Below are positions 47,780 to 56,968 of a stretch of 64,000 nucleotides of DNA, piece by piece. The notes under the pieces are model-generated. The model was given only the letters and a program-made list of their open reading frames with translations. It was not told the DNA's origin and did not search any database. The DNA is taken from sequence record CP071152.1, one strand, 5' to 3'. Origin of the DNA: a plasmid. A program made the position numbers and the translations under genes. Each line of letters begins with the position of its first letter. The first letter of the stretch is position 1.

Positions 47780-50377
47780 ATGTCTGAACCAGCGAATGAA
47801 ACAGCCGGAATGAATGATTTTGAAATGTGGTTGAACGACCGTAATGGTTGGCTTCAGACCGCAGCCAGACAACTCATCGACAACAAGAGGTTACCGAATG
47901 GGGGCGAGCTTGCAGAGCTGGTTCGACTTTGCAAACTGGAGGCCATCAAGCAGAGTGACCCTGGATTTCTGAAGGTGGCCCCAGGAGCATTATCTGCTGG
48001 CGCGGTACGACGGGTTGTGCGGGTCGAAGAAGTAACCCAAGTCTTCGGGGTTAACGCGATTAAGCATGGAGCATCTCTACCATTCGGAACGGGCAGTCTG
48101 ACGGTCATCTACGGGCAAAATGGTTCGGGGAAAAGTGGTTTTGCTCGTCTGCTCAAACAGCTGTGTGGATCTCGTTCACGGGACGAAATCCACCCCAACG
48201 TATTCAACGATAAAGAGCATGCTTGCAGTGCTCAATGCCGAATCACTATTGATGGCAATTCCCGAGATATCAATTGGCATCCTGGTGCAGAGCCCCATGC
48301 GATGCTCAAGTACGCCCAAGTATTTGATTCGAAGGCAGCAACTCAGTACATGGGGCGCACTGAGTCAAGCTATGAGCCGAGCAGCATGCGGTTCATCTCC
48401 ATGCTCATTCAAATTTCGGGCATGGTTTCTGATGAGCTGGGGCGGGAGAAGGGAAAGCTCGTTAGGGCACTTCCACAGTTCCCGGGTGATCTCTCAGAAA
48501 CCGCTGAGAAAGCCTGGTTCTCCTCTCTCAAAGCCTCCGTTTCTGCTGAGCAGGTCGAGGCGTATTGCCGGTATGGGAAAGATTTGGACGACGAGCGGGT
48601 CAAGGCTGAGGCTCTGCTTGCGGAAAAAGACATCGCGGGTCGCTTGGTTACCATTGGCAAGGAAAATGTTGCCACTGAAAGCATCAAGCAGGCAATGAAA
48701 CTGTTGAAAGAAGGTCTAACCGACGAGAAGGCTGATGAGTTGTCGAAGGCGAGAGTGTCGGCGGTTGCAGCGAGAAAGGCGGCCAACGAAGTTGCACAGC
48801 AGGCATTCGCGAATGTTCCTCTCCAAGGCGTGGGTGATACGGCCTGGAAACTTATGTGGGAGCAGGCGCGCGCCTATTCCGTTGCTCATGCATACCATGG
48901 TCACGAATTTCCCGTTACTTCAGACGGTGCGCACTGCGTGCTCTGTCAGCAAGAACTTACGGCTGAGGGCGCCACTCGGCTCAAAAGCTTCGAGGCTTTC
49001 GTCACCGCAGGTCTCGAGACTGCGGCGAAAACTGCGGAGGCCATCAGTTCGGCACTGATCGCGAAGGTAATTCAGGTGCCTTCGATTGAAGACTGGATTG
49101 CGCGCCTGGCTCAGTTGCAGTTCGACGAAGCCACGGCCCGTGCTTGGTATGAGTCGTTGAAGTCTAGGCGAGCACAGTTTGTGGCGTGCGCTGCCGTGGG
49201 AGATATCTCTGCGTTCGATTGGGTTCCTATCGATCAGGCACTGGAAAAACGAGCTGCCGACTTGCTTGCTGAGAAGACCAGCCTCGCCCAGCTGCAGCAA
49301 GATGGGCAGCGGCTGCAGGTCGAGAAGCGAGTGAAGCAACTCAAAGCACTTCAGTGGCTGTCCCAGAACAAACCTGCGATTCTCGCAGAGCGTGAGCGGC
49401 TAGTAGCTGTCGATCTTCTGGATAAAGCTACTAAGTTAACGGCCACCAATTCGTTGACAACCAAGCGCAACGAGCTTGGACGTACCGAGCTTGATGCTGG
49501 ATATCAGGCCCGCTTTGATGCGGAGTTGAAGTCCCTTGGTGGACGGCGGTTGCCAGTTGTGCCGCAGAGCAGGGCTCAAGGAAAGGGAGTTATCACATTT
49601 GGGCTCGCCCTTGTCGGTGCTCGGGCTGGCTTCACTCCTGATGTCGTACTCAGTGAAGGCGAAACCCGCATTGTTGCACTGGCGGCATTCCTGGCCGACA
49701 CAACTGGTTCGAACCAGCTTGCCCCCTTCATCTTTGACGACCCGATTTCGTCTTTAGATCAGGATTTCGAGGAGAGGGTTGTTACCCGGCTTGTCGAGTT
49801 GGCGAAGACCCGGCAGGTCATCATCTTCACTCACCGCCTCTCGTTGATTGCACTCGTTGAGGCTGTAATCAAAAAACACGGTGAGAATCCGGCTAACGAG
49901 AAAATTACCTACACCGTGCAGTCGCTTCGACGGCTGGATAAGGTTTCGGGAATTCTGGCGCAACACAGTCTGCGGGATGCCAAGCCCGATAAGGCACTTA
50001 ATGCGGTTAGAGATCACGTCATCCCGAGGCTCAAAAAACATCAGGCCGATGCCGACGCCGACGGTTATGACCTCACCGTGAAGAGCGCCTGCAGTGATTT
50101 CCGGATCATCTTGGAACGAACAGTGGAGCTCATCCTCTTGAATGACGTAGTTATTCGTTTCAGACGGGACGTCATGACTAAAGGAAAGCTGAGAGGTGTT
50201 GCCAAGGTGATGGCAGAGGACTGCGATTTTATCGACCGGTTAATGACCAAGTATTCAGTCTATGAGCACTCGCAGGCAGATGAGCTACCTCAGGTTCCGG
50301 TCGAACTCGATGAGTTCGAGCGAGATGTATTGGAACTCATTGCATGGATGGCTCAATTCAAGGAGCGATCAAGCTAG
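47780..50377 (+). CDS. RloC-like ABC/SMC-type ATPase with a coiled-coil CxxC zinc hook and a C-terminal putative nuclease region (865 aa)
   Basis: Walker A GQNGSGKSG near residue 115; HCVLCQQEL near residue 390 within predicted coiled coil; D-loop/H-loop IIFTHRLSL near residue 690; C-terminal RFRRD ... YEHSQ. Confidence 0.5.
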   Translation: MSEPANETAGMNDFEMWLNDRNGWLQTAARQLIDNKRLPNGGELAELVRLCKLEAIKQSDPGFLKVAPGALSAGAVRRVVRVEEVTQVFGVNAIKHGASLPFGTGSLTVIYGQNGSGKSGFARLLKQLCGSRSRDEIHPNVFNDKEHACSAQCRITIDGNSRDINWHPGAEPHAMLKYAQVFDSKAATQYMGRTESSYEPSSMRFISMLIQISGMVSDELGREKGKLVRALPQFPGDLSETAEKAWFSSLKASVSAEQVEAYCRYGKDLDDERVKAEALLAEKDIAGRLVTIGKENVATESIKQAMKLLKEGLTDEKADELSKARVSAVAARKAANEVAQQAFANVPLQGVGDTAWKLMWEQARAYSVAHAYHGHEFPVTSDGAHCVLCQQELTAEGATRLKSFEAFVTAGLETAAKTAEAISSALIAKVIQVPSIEDWIARLAQLQFDEATARAWYESLKSRRAQFVACAAVGDISAFDWVPIDQALEKRAADLLAEKTSLAQLQQDGQRLQVEKRVKQLKALQWLSQNKPAILAERERLVAVDLLDKATKLTATNSLTTKRNELGRTELDAGYQARFDAELKSLGGRRLPVVPQSRAQGKGVITFGLALVGARAGFTPDVVLSEGETRIVALAAFLADTTGSNQLAPFIFDDPISSLDQDFEERVVTRLVELAKTRQVIIFTHRLSLIALVEAVIKKHGENPANEKITYTVQSLRRLDKVSGILAQHSLRDAKPDKALNAVRDHVIPRLKKHQADADADGYDLTVKSACSDFRIILERTVELILLNDVVIRFRRDVMTKGKLRGVAKVMAEDCDFIDRLMTKYSVYEHSQADELPQVPVELDEFERDVLELIAWMAQFKERSS

Positions 50378-50501
50378 ACGGAGTGATTTTGCTCAAGCAA
50401 AGGGGCCAGCGGCGTTTTTCAAGATAGTTGTCGCGCAAAGCTGTTTTAAGCAGCCTCTTTTTGCTCCGGCTCGGGTTTCTCGGGCCGCTCCGGATTTAGC
50501 A

Positions 50502-51714
50502 TCACGGCACCGATAGGTGTCCAGTCTCGCGTCTTGCCACTCCACCTCGCTGGGTGTTGTGCTCGGGCGGCCTGGTACACAGCATCCCGTTTCGCCAGCA
50601 GGGCTTTATCGTCACCCGATGCCGCTCGTTGGGTGTGACGAAGCGGATACGGCTATGCCGGTGCTCTTCGTTATACCAGGCCATAAAGTCGCGCACCCAC
50701 TCCCTGGCCGCTTCCAGACTGGCAAAGCCGTCTGATGGCCACTGCGGACAGTACTTCAGCGTCCTGAACAATGACTCCGAGTACGGATTATCGTTGCTGA
50801 CCCGAGGCCGTCCCCCGCGAGGGCGTGACACCCAGGTCATGCATCTTGGTCAGCAGCGTGACTGACTTCATTGGCGCGCCGTTGTCCGAGTGCAAGACCA
50901 GCGGCTGCTTCCAGCACTGCTCGCGGATGATGCTCCGTTGCAGCAACGCCGCCGCCCGTTCACCGCACTCTTGCTCATGCACTTCCCAGCCCACCCCTTT
51001 GCGGCTGTAGATGTCCTCTATCAGATAGAGGTAGTAATACTGGCCGCGCACGAGTGACGGCAAGTAGGTGATATCCCAGGACCACACTTGATTGGGCCCA
51101 GTCGCGGTATGGCTGGTTGGTACCGGCACATGACGCGGTGGCTGGCTCCGGCCACGCCTGTGCTGCTGGTCAGCCGCCCGCAAGATGCGATAGAAGCTCG
51201 ACTCACTGGCCAAGTAGCGCCCCTGGTCGGCCAGCCGTGGCACAATTTGACTCGGCGGCAACGAGGCGAACTCCTGGCTATTGCAGACGTCCAGCACGGC
51301 CTGCCGCTCCTCTGGGCTCAATGCATGAGCAGGTATGGAACGAACCGCATCCGGTCGCCTATCGGCACTCAGCTCAGGGCCGGCCAACCAGCGCTGGAGC
51401 GTGCGCAGACTCAGCCCCAACACCTCGGCCGCAGGATGCTTGCGGGCGCCAGCTTCAAGCGCTTCGCGCCACCATGCAACGTATTGCTGCCGCTCTGGCA
51501 ACGAGGTCAGTTGTCCTCGTCGACGTTGCTCCAGTAGGCATCGAGCTTTTTTTGCAATATCAGCAGAGCTGCCGCCTCGGCCAGGGCCTTGTCTTTGCGC
51601 CGCAGCTCTTGCTCCAGTTGCCGGATACGCTTCTTGTCCGCTTTGGCCTGTGCCTTCTCCGCCTGTTGTAAGGTACGAGCGGATTGCTGGCCCAGAATAC
51701 AGGCTTGGCGCCAT
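50502..51714 (-). pseudogene. IS3-family OrfB (DDE integrase core) with a +1 frameshift in a C5/G5 run at 50822..50826
   Basis: ORFs 50788..51714 (DITYLP ... LHSDNGAPMKS) and 50502..50840 (NPYSESLFRTLK) belong to one rve protein. Removing one G gives the contiguous GVTPSRGRPRVSNDNPYSE. Confidence 0.7.
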
Positions 51715-52007
51715 TGCTGGACTTGCTCGGGATAGAGACCCTTACGGCGGCAGTACTCACTGAGTTCAATCTCGGAAAGCGCAGCGGTTTCCAGCACGAC
51801 GGCGAACTTGGCCTCGGCGGGCCATTCATCGGTCAGTTTGTTGTCCCCGGGCACAGGAGACCCTCCGTCTTTGGCGTGTTTGCGCCAATTATACAGAGTG
51901 ACCTCGCTGATGTTTTCCTGCCGAGCCAACTCGGCCACCGACATATTGATGGGCGGCAGCAGCTTCTTGAGCAAAGCAGCCTTGCGCTCACTTGAATAAC
52001 GAGCCAT
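51507..52007 (-). CDS. IS3-family OrfA (HTH + leucine zipper) ending at an A-AAA-AAG slippery site
   Basis: MARYSSERKAALLKK ... ISEVTLYNWRKH; the C-terminus ...LILQKKLDAYW is encoded over CAAAAAAAGCTC. Confidence 0.75.
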   Translation of the reverse strand: MARYSSERKAALLKKLLPPINMSVAELARQENISEVTLYNWRKHAKDGGSPVPGDNKLTDEWPAEAKFAVVLETAALSEIELSEYCRRKGLYPEQVQQWRQACILGQQSARTLQQAEKAQAKADKKRIRQLEQELRRKDKALAEAAALLILQKKLDAYWSNVDEDN

Positions 52008-52384
52008 TCGACACTCTTTATCCGCCCCCGGTCTTCACATTTAGATTATTCAGATTAGGCGACAACTATTCTGACACCGGGGGCCAGTGATAACTAGATC
52101 TATATATGCGATACGGGCCGAGAAAAGCGCCGACAATGCCGTCGGCGCCTGAAAGTTATGATGTATTAAAATGCATTTTTACATATACAGATAAAGCGTA
52201 GGAAACTCTTTGGTAGCAAGTCTTCTGGCTGACATATCTCCTAACTATGCTCAATTAGGGTATAAGTTTCATCCTTGCAAATAAAGTGTCATCCCAACGG
52301 GATGAAAGCATTGAATTTGCTGGGCTGTAGCCGTTCTTACTGCTCAAATCACTACCCAGCTCAGGGTTCCACTGGCCAGTTCGA

Positions 52385-52570
52385 GCCACCCCGGTGTACT
52401 TGGCGCTTGGCCACCCCGGTTTACCTGTTGAGAGACATCTCAAATGCCGCGGTCAAAGTCCCCGAGGGAGATCCAGACGCCATGCCGGGAGTTTCAGCAC
52501 CGTCGGTTGACCTGGCCAGCACCGGTTTTGGGGATGAGTTCCGGGGTTGAGCAGCTGGTTGATTTCCACC
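52385..52570. repeat. Dispersed copy A of the GC-rich ~180-bp repeat family (same family as the 33.8-34.75 kb array)
   Basis: About 80% identical to 53640..53810 (GAGACATCTCA..TGCCGCGGTCA...GGGAGTTTCAGCAC/GCGTC.GTTGACCTGGCCAG...GAGYTCCGGGGTTGAGC). Confidence 0.7.
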
Positions 52571-52762
52571 AAGGACATCGGTGCTCGAGAGCGGACATAA
52601 GTACCCAGGTCAGCCTGCTGGCCACATCCCGGTACCAACCTACTCACGGAATTTGGCCTCTGTCGCAAATTCATCAAGAGGGCCCCTCTACTCATTGCGT
52701 GGCAGTGGGCAACGCGGGTACACATGAGTCGCCCACCACTGCGACCTACCAAGGACTGCGCT

Positions 52763-53521
52763 ATGACGATGTTTGTCTCCTACCCTTTCCGAGTCCCCGC
52801 CACCAATGCACCGCTGTACTGGCAGTCAGCCTATGAGCCGACCCATCGCTTCACCTATCTGCAATTTCATCCCGAACCGAACGAAGATGGAATTGAGATA
52901 GATGCCTCTTACGCTATGGAAGAGGATTTCTCGGTATCGGTCTTCAACGAACGCTATCAGGGCACCTCACTGTGCTTCCCGATAATCCCGAATGCCTCCC
53001 TGCCCAGCATCAAGGCGTTGGCCCACGACGCCAAGCTGGAGGCCATGCTACAGCGCATCAGCGATGCTTACCTTTCGGAGTTCCATGAAGGTCAGTGGAG
53101 GGGAAGTTTCCCCGGTCTGCCGGAGGGATTTGAGAAAGAGGTGATCGACCATCTGGCCGAGGTGCTATCGGAAGATGCGCTGAAAATAGTCCCAGCCAGC
53201 CAGTACGTCCGAGGTGGTAACCTGGAACTGTTTATTTTATGTGATCTGCTGTCCTTTGAGGACTATGCAGAAAAGCTGGTTCATCTGGCTGAGCATGAAG
53301 GGGTGCTCCTTGTGGGGGATGTGGTGGATGAAGTTGCCAAGTGGTGCGCCGAAGAGGTCGAATATGACATTGAGACGTACCTAGAACCAGACGAGACGCT
53401 GCACCTGTTGATCTTCCTCCTGAAACGGCATGACAAGGCGAAATACGGGTACCTGCTCGATCTCTTCAAAGCCCACTACCCCGAAGTAGAAGTGCCGTTG
53501 TTCGCTAAGACCTACTCATAG
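52763..53521 (+). CDS. Hypothetical protein (252 aa) flanked by the two dispersed repeat copies
   Basis: An AAGGA RBS lies 7 nt before ATG 52763. Coding-like composition with no motif recognised. Confidence 0.45.
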   Translation: MTMFVSYPFRVPATNAPLYWQSAYEPTHRFTYLQFHPEPNEDGIEIDASYAMEEDFSVSVFNERYQGTSLCFPIIPNASLPSIKALAHDAKLEAMLQRISDAYLSEFHEGQWRGSFPGLPEGFEKEVIDHLAEVLSEDALKIVPASQYVRGGNLELFILCDLLSFEDYAEKLVHLAEHEGVLLVGDVVDEVAKWCAEEVEYDIETYLEPDETLHLLIFLLKRHDKAKYGYLLDLFKAHYPEVEVPLFAKTYS

Positions 53522-53559
53522 GCACTCGTCGAAGGCCTGGCGACCCAGGTTACCTGGCG

Positions 53560-53830
53560 ACACGCCGGGCTGATCTGGTGATGGTTGTCCTCGGTGGAAT
53601 GCCACCTCCCGACGGCGGGCACGGGTCCGGCTGAGGAGGTTGGCCACCGCCGGTGTACCTGGTGAGGAGACATCTCAGTGCCGCGGTCATTGTCCTTCGT
53701 GCAACTCAAGAAGCCCTGCAGGGAGTTTCAGCAGCGTCAGTTGACCTGGCCAGTGCCCGTTTTTTGGATGAGCTCCGGGGTTGAGCGGCGGGTGGATGTC
53801 CCTCATTGGCCCTGAAAGTCCCAGATGTCA
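53560..53830. repeat. Dispersed copy B of the GC-rich repeat family
   Basis: See copy A. It also contains GGTTGTCCTCGGTGG and GGATGTCCCTCATTGG motif variants. Confidence 0.7.
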
Positions 53831-53947
53831 TGGGCAGCTGCGTGCGAGCTGCACCTGGCTGGGCCCGGCGACGCGGGATCCCGCCCCTCCCGGTCCTTCA
53901 AGGACAAATTGGTGGTCGGCCCGGCGCTCCAGTATCCGCCCACCTGG

Positions 53948-53986
53948 GTGCCGGTGCCGGTGCCGGTGCCGGTGCCGGTGCCGGTG
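53948..53986. repeat. Hexanucleotide microsatellite (GTGCCG) x6.5
   Basis: Perfect tandem GTGCCGGTGCCG... run. It lies in a region without a convincing ORF. Confidence 0.85.
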
Positions 53987-54350
53987 GACGATAGTCGACC
54001 TGTTGGTGGTTCGACATGCCGGTTGTCCGGCACCTCTTTGAAAATATGTGGGTCGCCGCGCAGAAATGATGATGAGTCTTGATTTACGTTGTCGCCGAAG
54101 CCGCGTCGCCGCGCCATATGAGGTCGAGTGACGCCGGTTGCCTCCGCCAGAATTTGATCCAGCTGTAAGGATTCGAAGATGAAAATCAAAGTGATCTGCG
54201 AGTACGCTTGGGAAGTAGTGAGATCGAAAAAGAGAGCACTCTTCACCGCTGAGATGTTTCGTAAACAGGGGTACGGACATTCCACCTTCCAGATCATGGA
54301 TGACGATGGTATGGTATGGGTAATCACAGGTATTACCTTGGAGTACCACC

Positions 54351-54638
54351 ATGCCCACACAATCCAAACCGGTCTCGATCAAACTCGACGCCGATACCCA
54401 GGAACGCATCAAACGCCTGGCAACCTCCCGCGAACGCTCAGCCCATTGGCTCATGCGCGAAGCCATCAGCCAGTATGTCGAGCGCGAAGAACTGCGCGAG
54501 ACCTTCCACCGCGACACTCTGGAGGCCTGGCAGGAGTTCCAGGAGACCGGCCAGTATGCCACCGCTCAAGATGTGGATCAGTGGCTAGCCTCTTGGGGCA
54601 CTGATGCCGAAGGAGCGCCTCCTGCATGCCACCAGTGA
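54351..54638 (+). CDS. Type II antitoxin, ParD/CopG-like RHH
   Basis: MPTQSKPVSIKLDADTQERIKRLATSRERSAHWLMREAISQYVERE is an RHH antitoxin N-terminus. It overlaps the toxin start by 13 bp. Confidence 0.7.
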   Translation: MPTQSKPVSIKLDADTQERIKRLATSRERSAHWLMREAISQYVEREELRETFHRDTLEAWQEFQETGQYATAQDVDQWLASWGTDAEGAPPACHQ

Positions 54639-54919
54639 TCTTTGCCCCTGCCGCCCTGCGAGACCTGCAACGCCTACGTGAATTCCTGCGCCCTAAAAGC
54701 CCGCAGGTCGCACAGCGGGCCGCAACAACAATCCAGCTGTCCCTACGCCAGCTCGCAGCCCAACCCTCAATGGGCCGCCCCATAGAAGGACTGCCAGAGG
54801 CGTTTCGTGAGTGGGTGATCCCCTTTGGTGACAGCGGCTATTTAGCCCGCTATCGCATTGAACCGGATGTCATCGTGGTGCTCGCTGTCCGCCATCAACG
54901 CGAAGTTGGCTACTCATGA
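54626..54919 (+). CDS. Type II toxin, ParE/RelE family
   Basis: 97 aa; ...REWVIPFGDSGYLARYRIEPDVIVVLAVRHQREVGY is a ParE/RelE-like C-terminus. Confidence 0.7.
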   Translation: MPPVIFAPAALRDLQRLREFLRPKSPQVAQRAATTIQLSLRQLAAQPSMGRPIEGLPEAFREWVIPFGDSGYLARYRIEPDVIVVLAVRHQREVGYS

Positions 54920-55131
54920 TGTAAGAGACAACGTCAGGCCAAACACCTCGTTCCGCAATGTGTACCAGGGGCGTCCGATTTGGGATGTTATTGGCTGATC
55001 GATTTGACATCCTCCCCCACCTTAGCGCTTCGCGTCACAGGAGGGGGATTCCCATTACTGGGTGATAGCTGCTCGCGCAGTACCGGGTTCCTGCTTCATC
55101 GGGCGGCCTGATTGCACCACGCCTCCACAGG

Positions 55132-56275
55132 CTAAAACGGCGTGTCCGCCGCTAAAATATTGCGAGCGCCGTTCACATCGGCGTTCGCCTCATAACCACA
55201 CGCAGCGCATTTAAACTGGCTTTGCGTCTGGCGGTTATCCTTCGCAGTATGCCCACAACAGGCGCACTGCTGGCTCGTGTAGGCCGGGTTTATCGCCAAC
55301 ACCTGACCGCCTCGCCATGCCTGCTTATATTCGAGCTGGCGGCGCAGCTCAAACCAGCCCTGATCTAATATCGAACGATTCAGCCCTGATTTTGCCCGGA
55401 CGTTGCGCCCCGGCTGGCTGGTCGTGCCCGCTGCTGATTTTGACATGCTGGCAACCTTCAAATCCTCAATGACGATCATCGCGTGGTTTTTGCTGATAGT
55501 CGTTGTGACCTTGTGAAGGTAATCGCGGCGGGTATTGGCGATATGTGAGTGCAGCCGCTGGATCTTGGCTTTTGTTTCTTCCAGTTGCTGCTGAACTTTA
55601 CCTTTTGCTCAACTGGCGTTGGAGCCTTGCCAGCTTGGTCTGATTGGTTTTGAAGCTGTTGACGGGCTCAAACACCGTGCCATCTGACAGGGTTGCGAGC
55701 TTGGCGATCCCGCATCTAGCCCGACCATTGAGCCGGAGGGTGAATTGGCTCAAGCGTCTCCTGCTCGACCTGAAAGGAGATATACCAGTGCCCGGCTGCT
55801 TGGCTGACGGTCGCGTTTTAATTTTCCTTCAACTGGCTGGGACTGACGGAACTTGACCCACGCCAGCCCGGCAGGCAGCTTCACTCGACCCTTTTCAAGG
55901 CGGCAATACTTGTCGAAGTTGACGAACCGGATAGCGTCGCGGTTGTCGCTTTTTTCTTGAATACGGGTGCCTTGGCGGCGAGTTTCTTATCAAAGCAGCG
56001 CATCCACGCGCCATGCAAATCCTTGAGCTTCTGCTGGAGGTTGTCGGTATATGCCTCGGCCAGAAAGGCCATTTCTGGGTCTTTCTTCCAACTGGTGAGC
56101 ATCCTGTTCAGCTCAAAGGCAGAAGGCAGTTTTCGCCAGCATCCAGAATGCGTTTGGTTTCTGCCAGCCCGTGATTCCAGACATAACGAGCACAACCGCC
56201 CAACTGGCGCAGGCGTTGCGCTTGTTGTTCGGTCGGTTCGAGTCGGAATTTGTAGGCTTTCAGAATTTGCATTTA
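55132..56275 (-). pseudogene. IS200/IS605-family TnpB (RuvC-like, zinc finger) decayed by several frameshifts
   Basis: The C-terminal piece NPAYTSQQCACCGHTAKDNRQTQSQFKCAACGYEANADVNGARNI lies at 55132..55479. The N-terminal piece at 55881..56195 is in a different frame. The gene is divergent from tnpA. Confidence 0.6.
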
Positions 56276-56317
56276 GCGCTCAGTGTGTAGCATTATTGCC
56301 ATATCTATTAAGCCCGA

Positions 56318-56968
56318 TTGAGTGACAGAATGCAATTCACTAAAATTAATAAATCACGCCATGCGGCCTACGTTTTGCACGTACATTTGGTGTTTATCAC
56401 CAAGTATCGAAAGCCGATATTGGGGGATCTACATCACGCTTCCTTCGGTCAGTGTGCGGCAGAGGTTTGCAGAGATTTTGGTGCGGAACTGAAAGAGTGT
56501 GACGGAGAGGCTGATCATGTTCACATGCTGATAGAGTACGCGCCAACGGTGCAGCTATCGGTACTGGTGAACTCGTTAAAGGCGGTCACATCAAGGCGAC
56601 TGCGTAATGAATTTCTGGACTTGAGAGGTGCTTACAGCAAACCCGTACTCTGGTCACGCTCTTACTTTGCGGGCTCTTGCGGCGGAGCACCGTTGGAGGT
56701 GATCAAGCAATACATTCAAAACCAGCGGGCTGACGCCCGGCGAAATTCCCCTTCCACCTACGTCGGAGGGAGTCCCCTTTCGCATTTAAGATGGCCCGTC
56801 GCTATCATGTGGGCAGTGGAGTTCCACAAGATGATAGCCAGTCGGTGGCTTGGCTCAACAAGGCCGCCGATCTCGGCCACACCGAGGCCCAATACGCAAT
56901 GGCCGTGCGCTATTTCAACGGCACCGGCGTTCCTCAGGACTACCTCCATGCAAGGTACTGGTGCATGA
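56318..56968 (+). CDS. tnpA: IS200/IS605-family TnpA (Y1 HUH transposase) with an aberrant 3' extension beyond about 56719
   Basis: HUH motifs HVHLVF and HVHMLIEY, plus SRSYFAGSCGG. Residues 1-134 are identical to the copy at 63685. The other copy ends QYIQRG-stop, whereas this one reads on (QYIQNQRADA...). Confidence 0.7.
   Translation: MSDRMQFTKINKSRHAAYVLHVHLVFITKYRKPILGDLHHASFGQCAAEVCRDFGAELKECDGEADHVHMLIEYAPTVQLSVLVNSLKAVTSRRLRNEFLDLRGAYSKPVLWSRSYFAGSCGGAPLEVIKQYIQNQRADARRNSPSTYVGGSPLSHLRWPVAIMWAVEFHKMIASRWLGSTRPPISATPRPNTQWPCAISTAPAFLRTTSMQGTGA

Larger units (their letters stand above)
50417..52076 (-). mobile_element. Second IS3-family element (about 1.66 kb)
   Basis: Imperfect terminal inverted repeats TTTCAAGATAGTTGTCGC (50417..) and GGCGACAACTATTCTGACA (..52076). 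orfA and orfB lie in the minus orientation. Confidence 0.65.

Noticed and set aside
48120-49339. Internal plus- and minus-strand ORFs within the RloC-like gene
   Set aside because: These are alternative frames inside a gene with Walker A, zinc-hook and H-loop motifs in the primary frame.
53803-54604. ORFs spanning the hexanucleotide repeat (Thr-Gly or Pro-Val runs) and the 141-aa ORF 54179..54604
   Set aside because: No RBS or motif was found, and they overlap each other and the antitoxin gene. The first 57 codons of 54179 might be a real micro-ORF, but that is unsupported.
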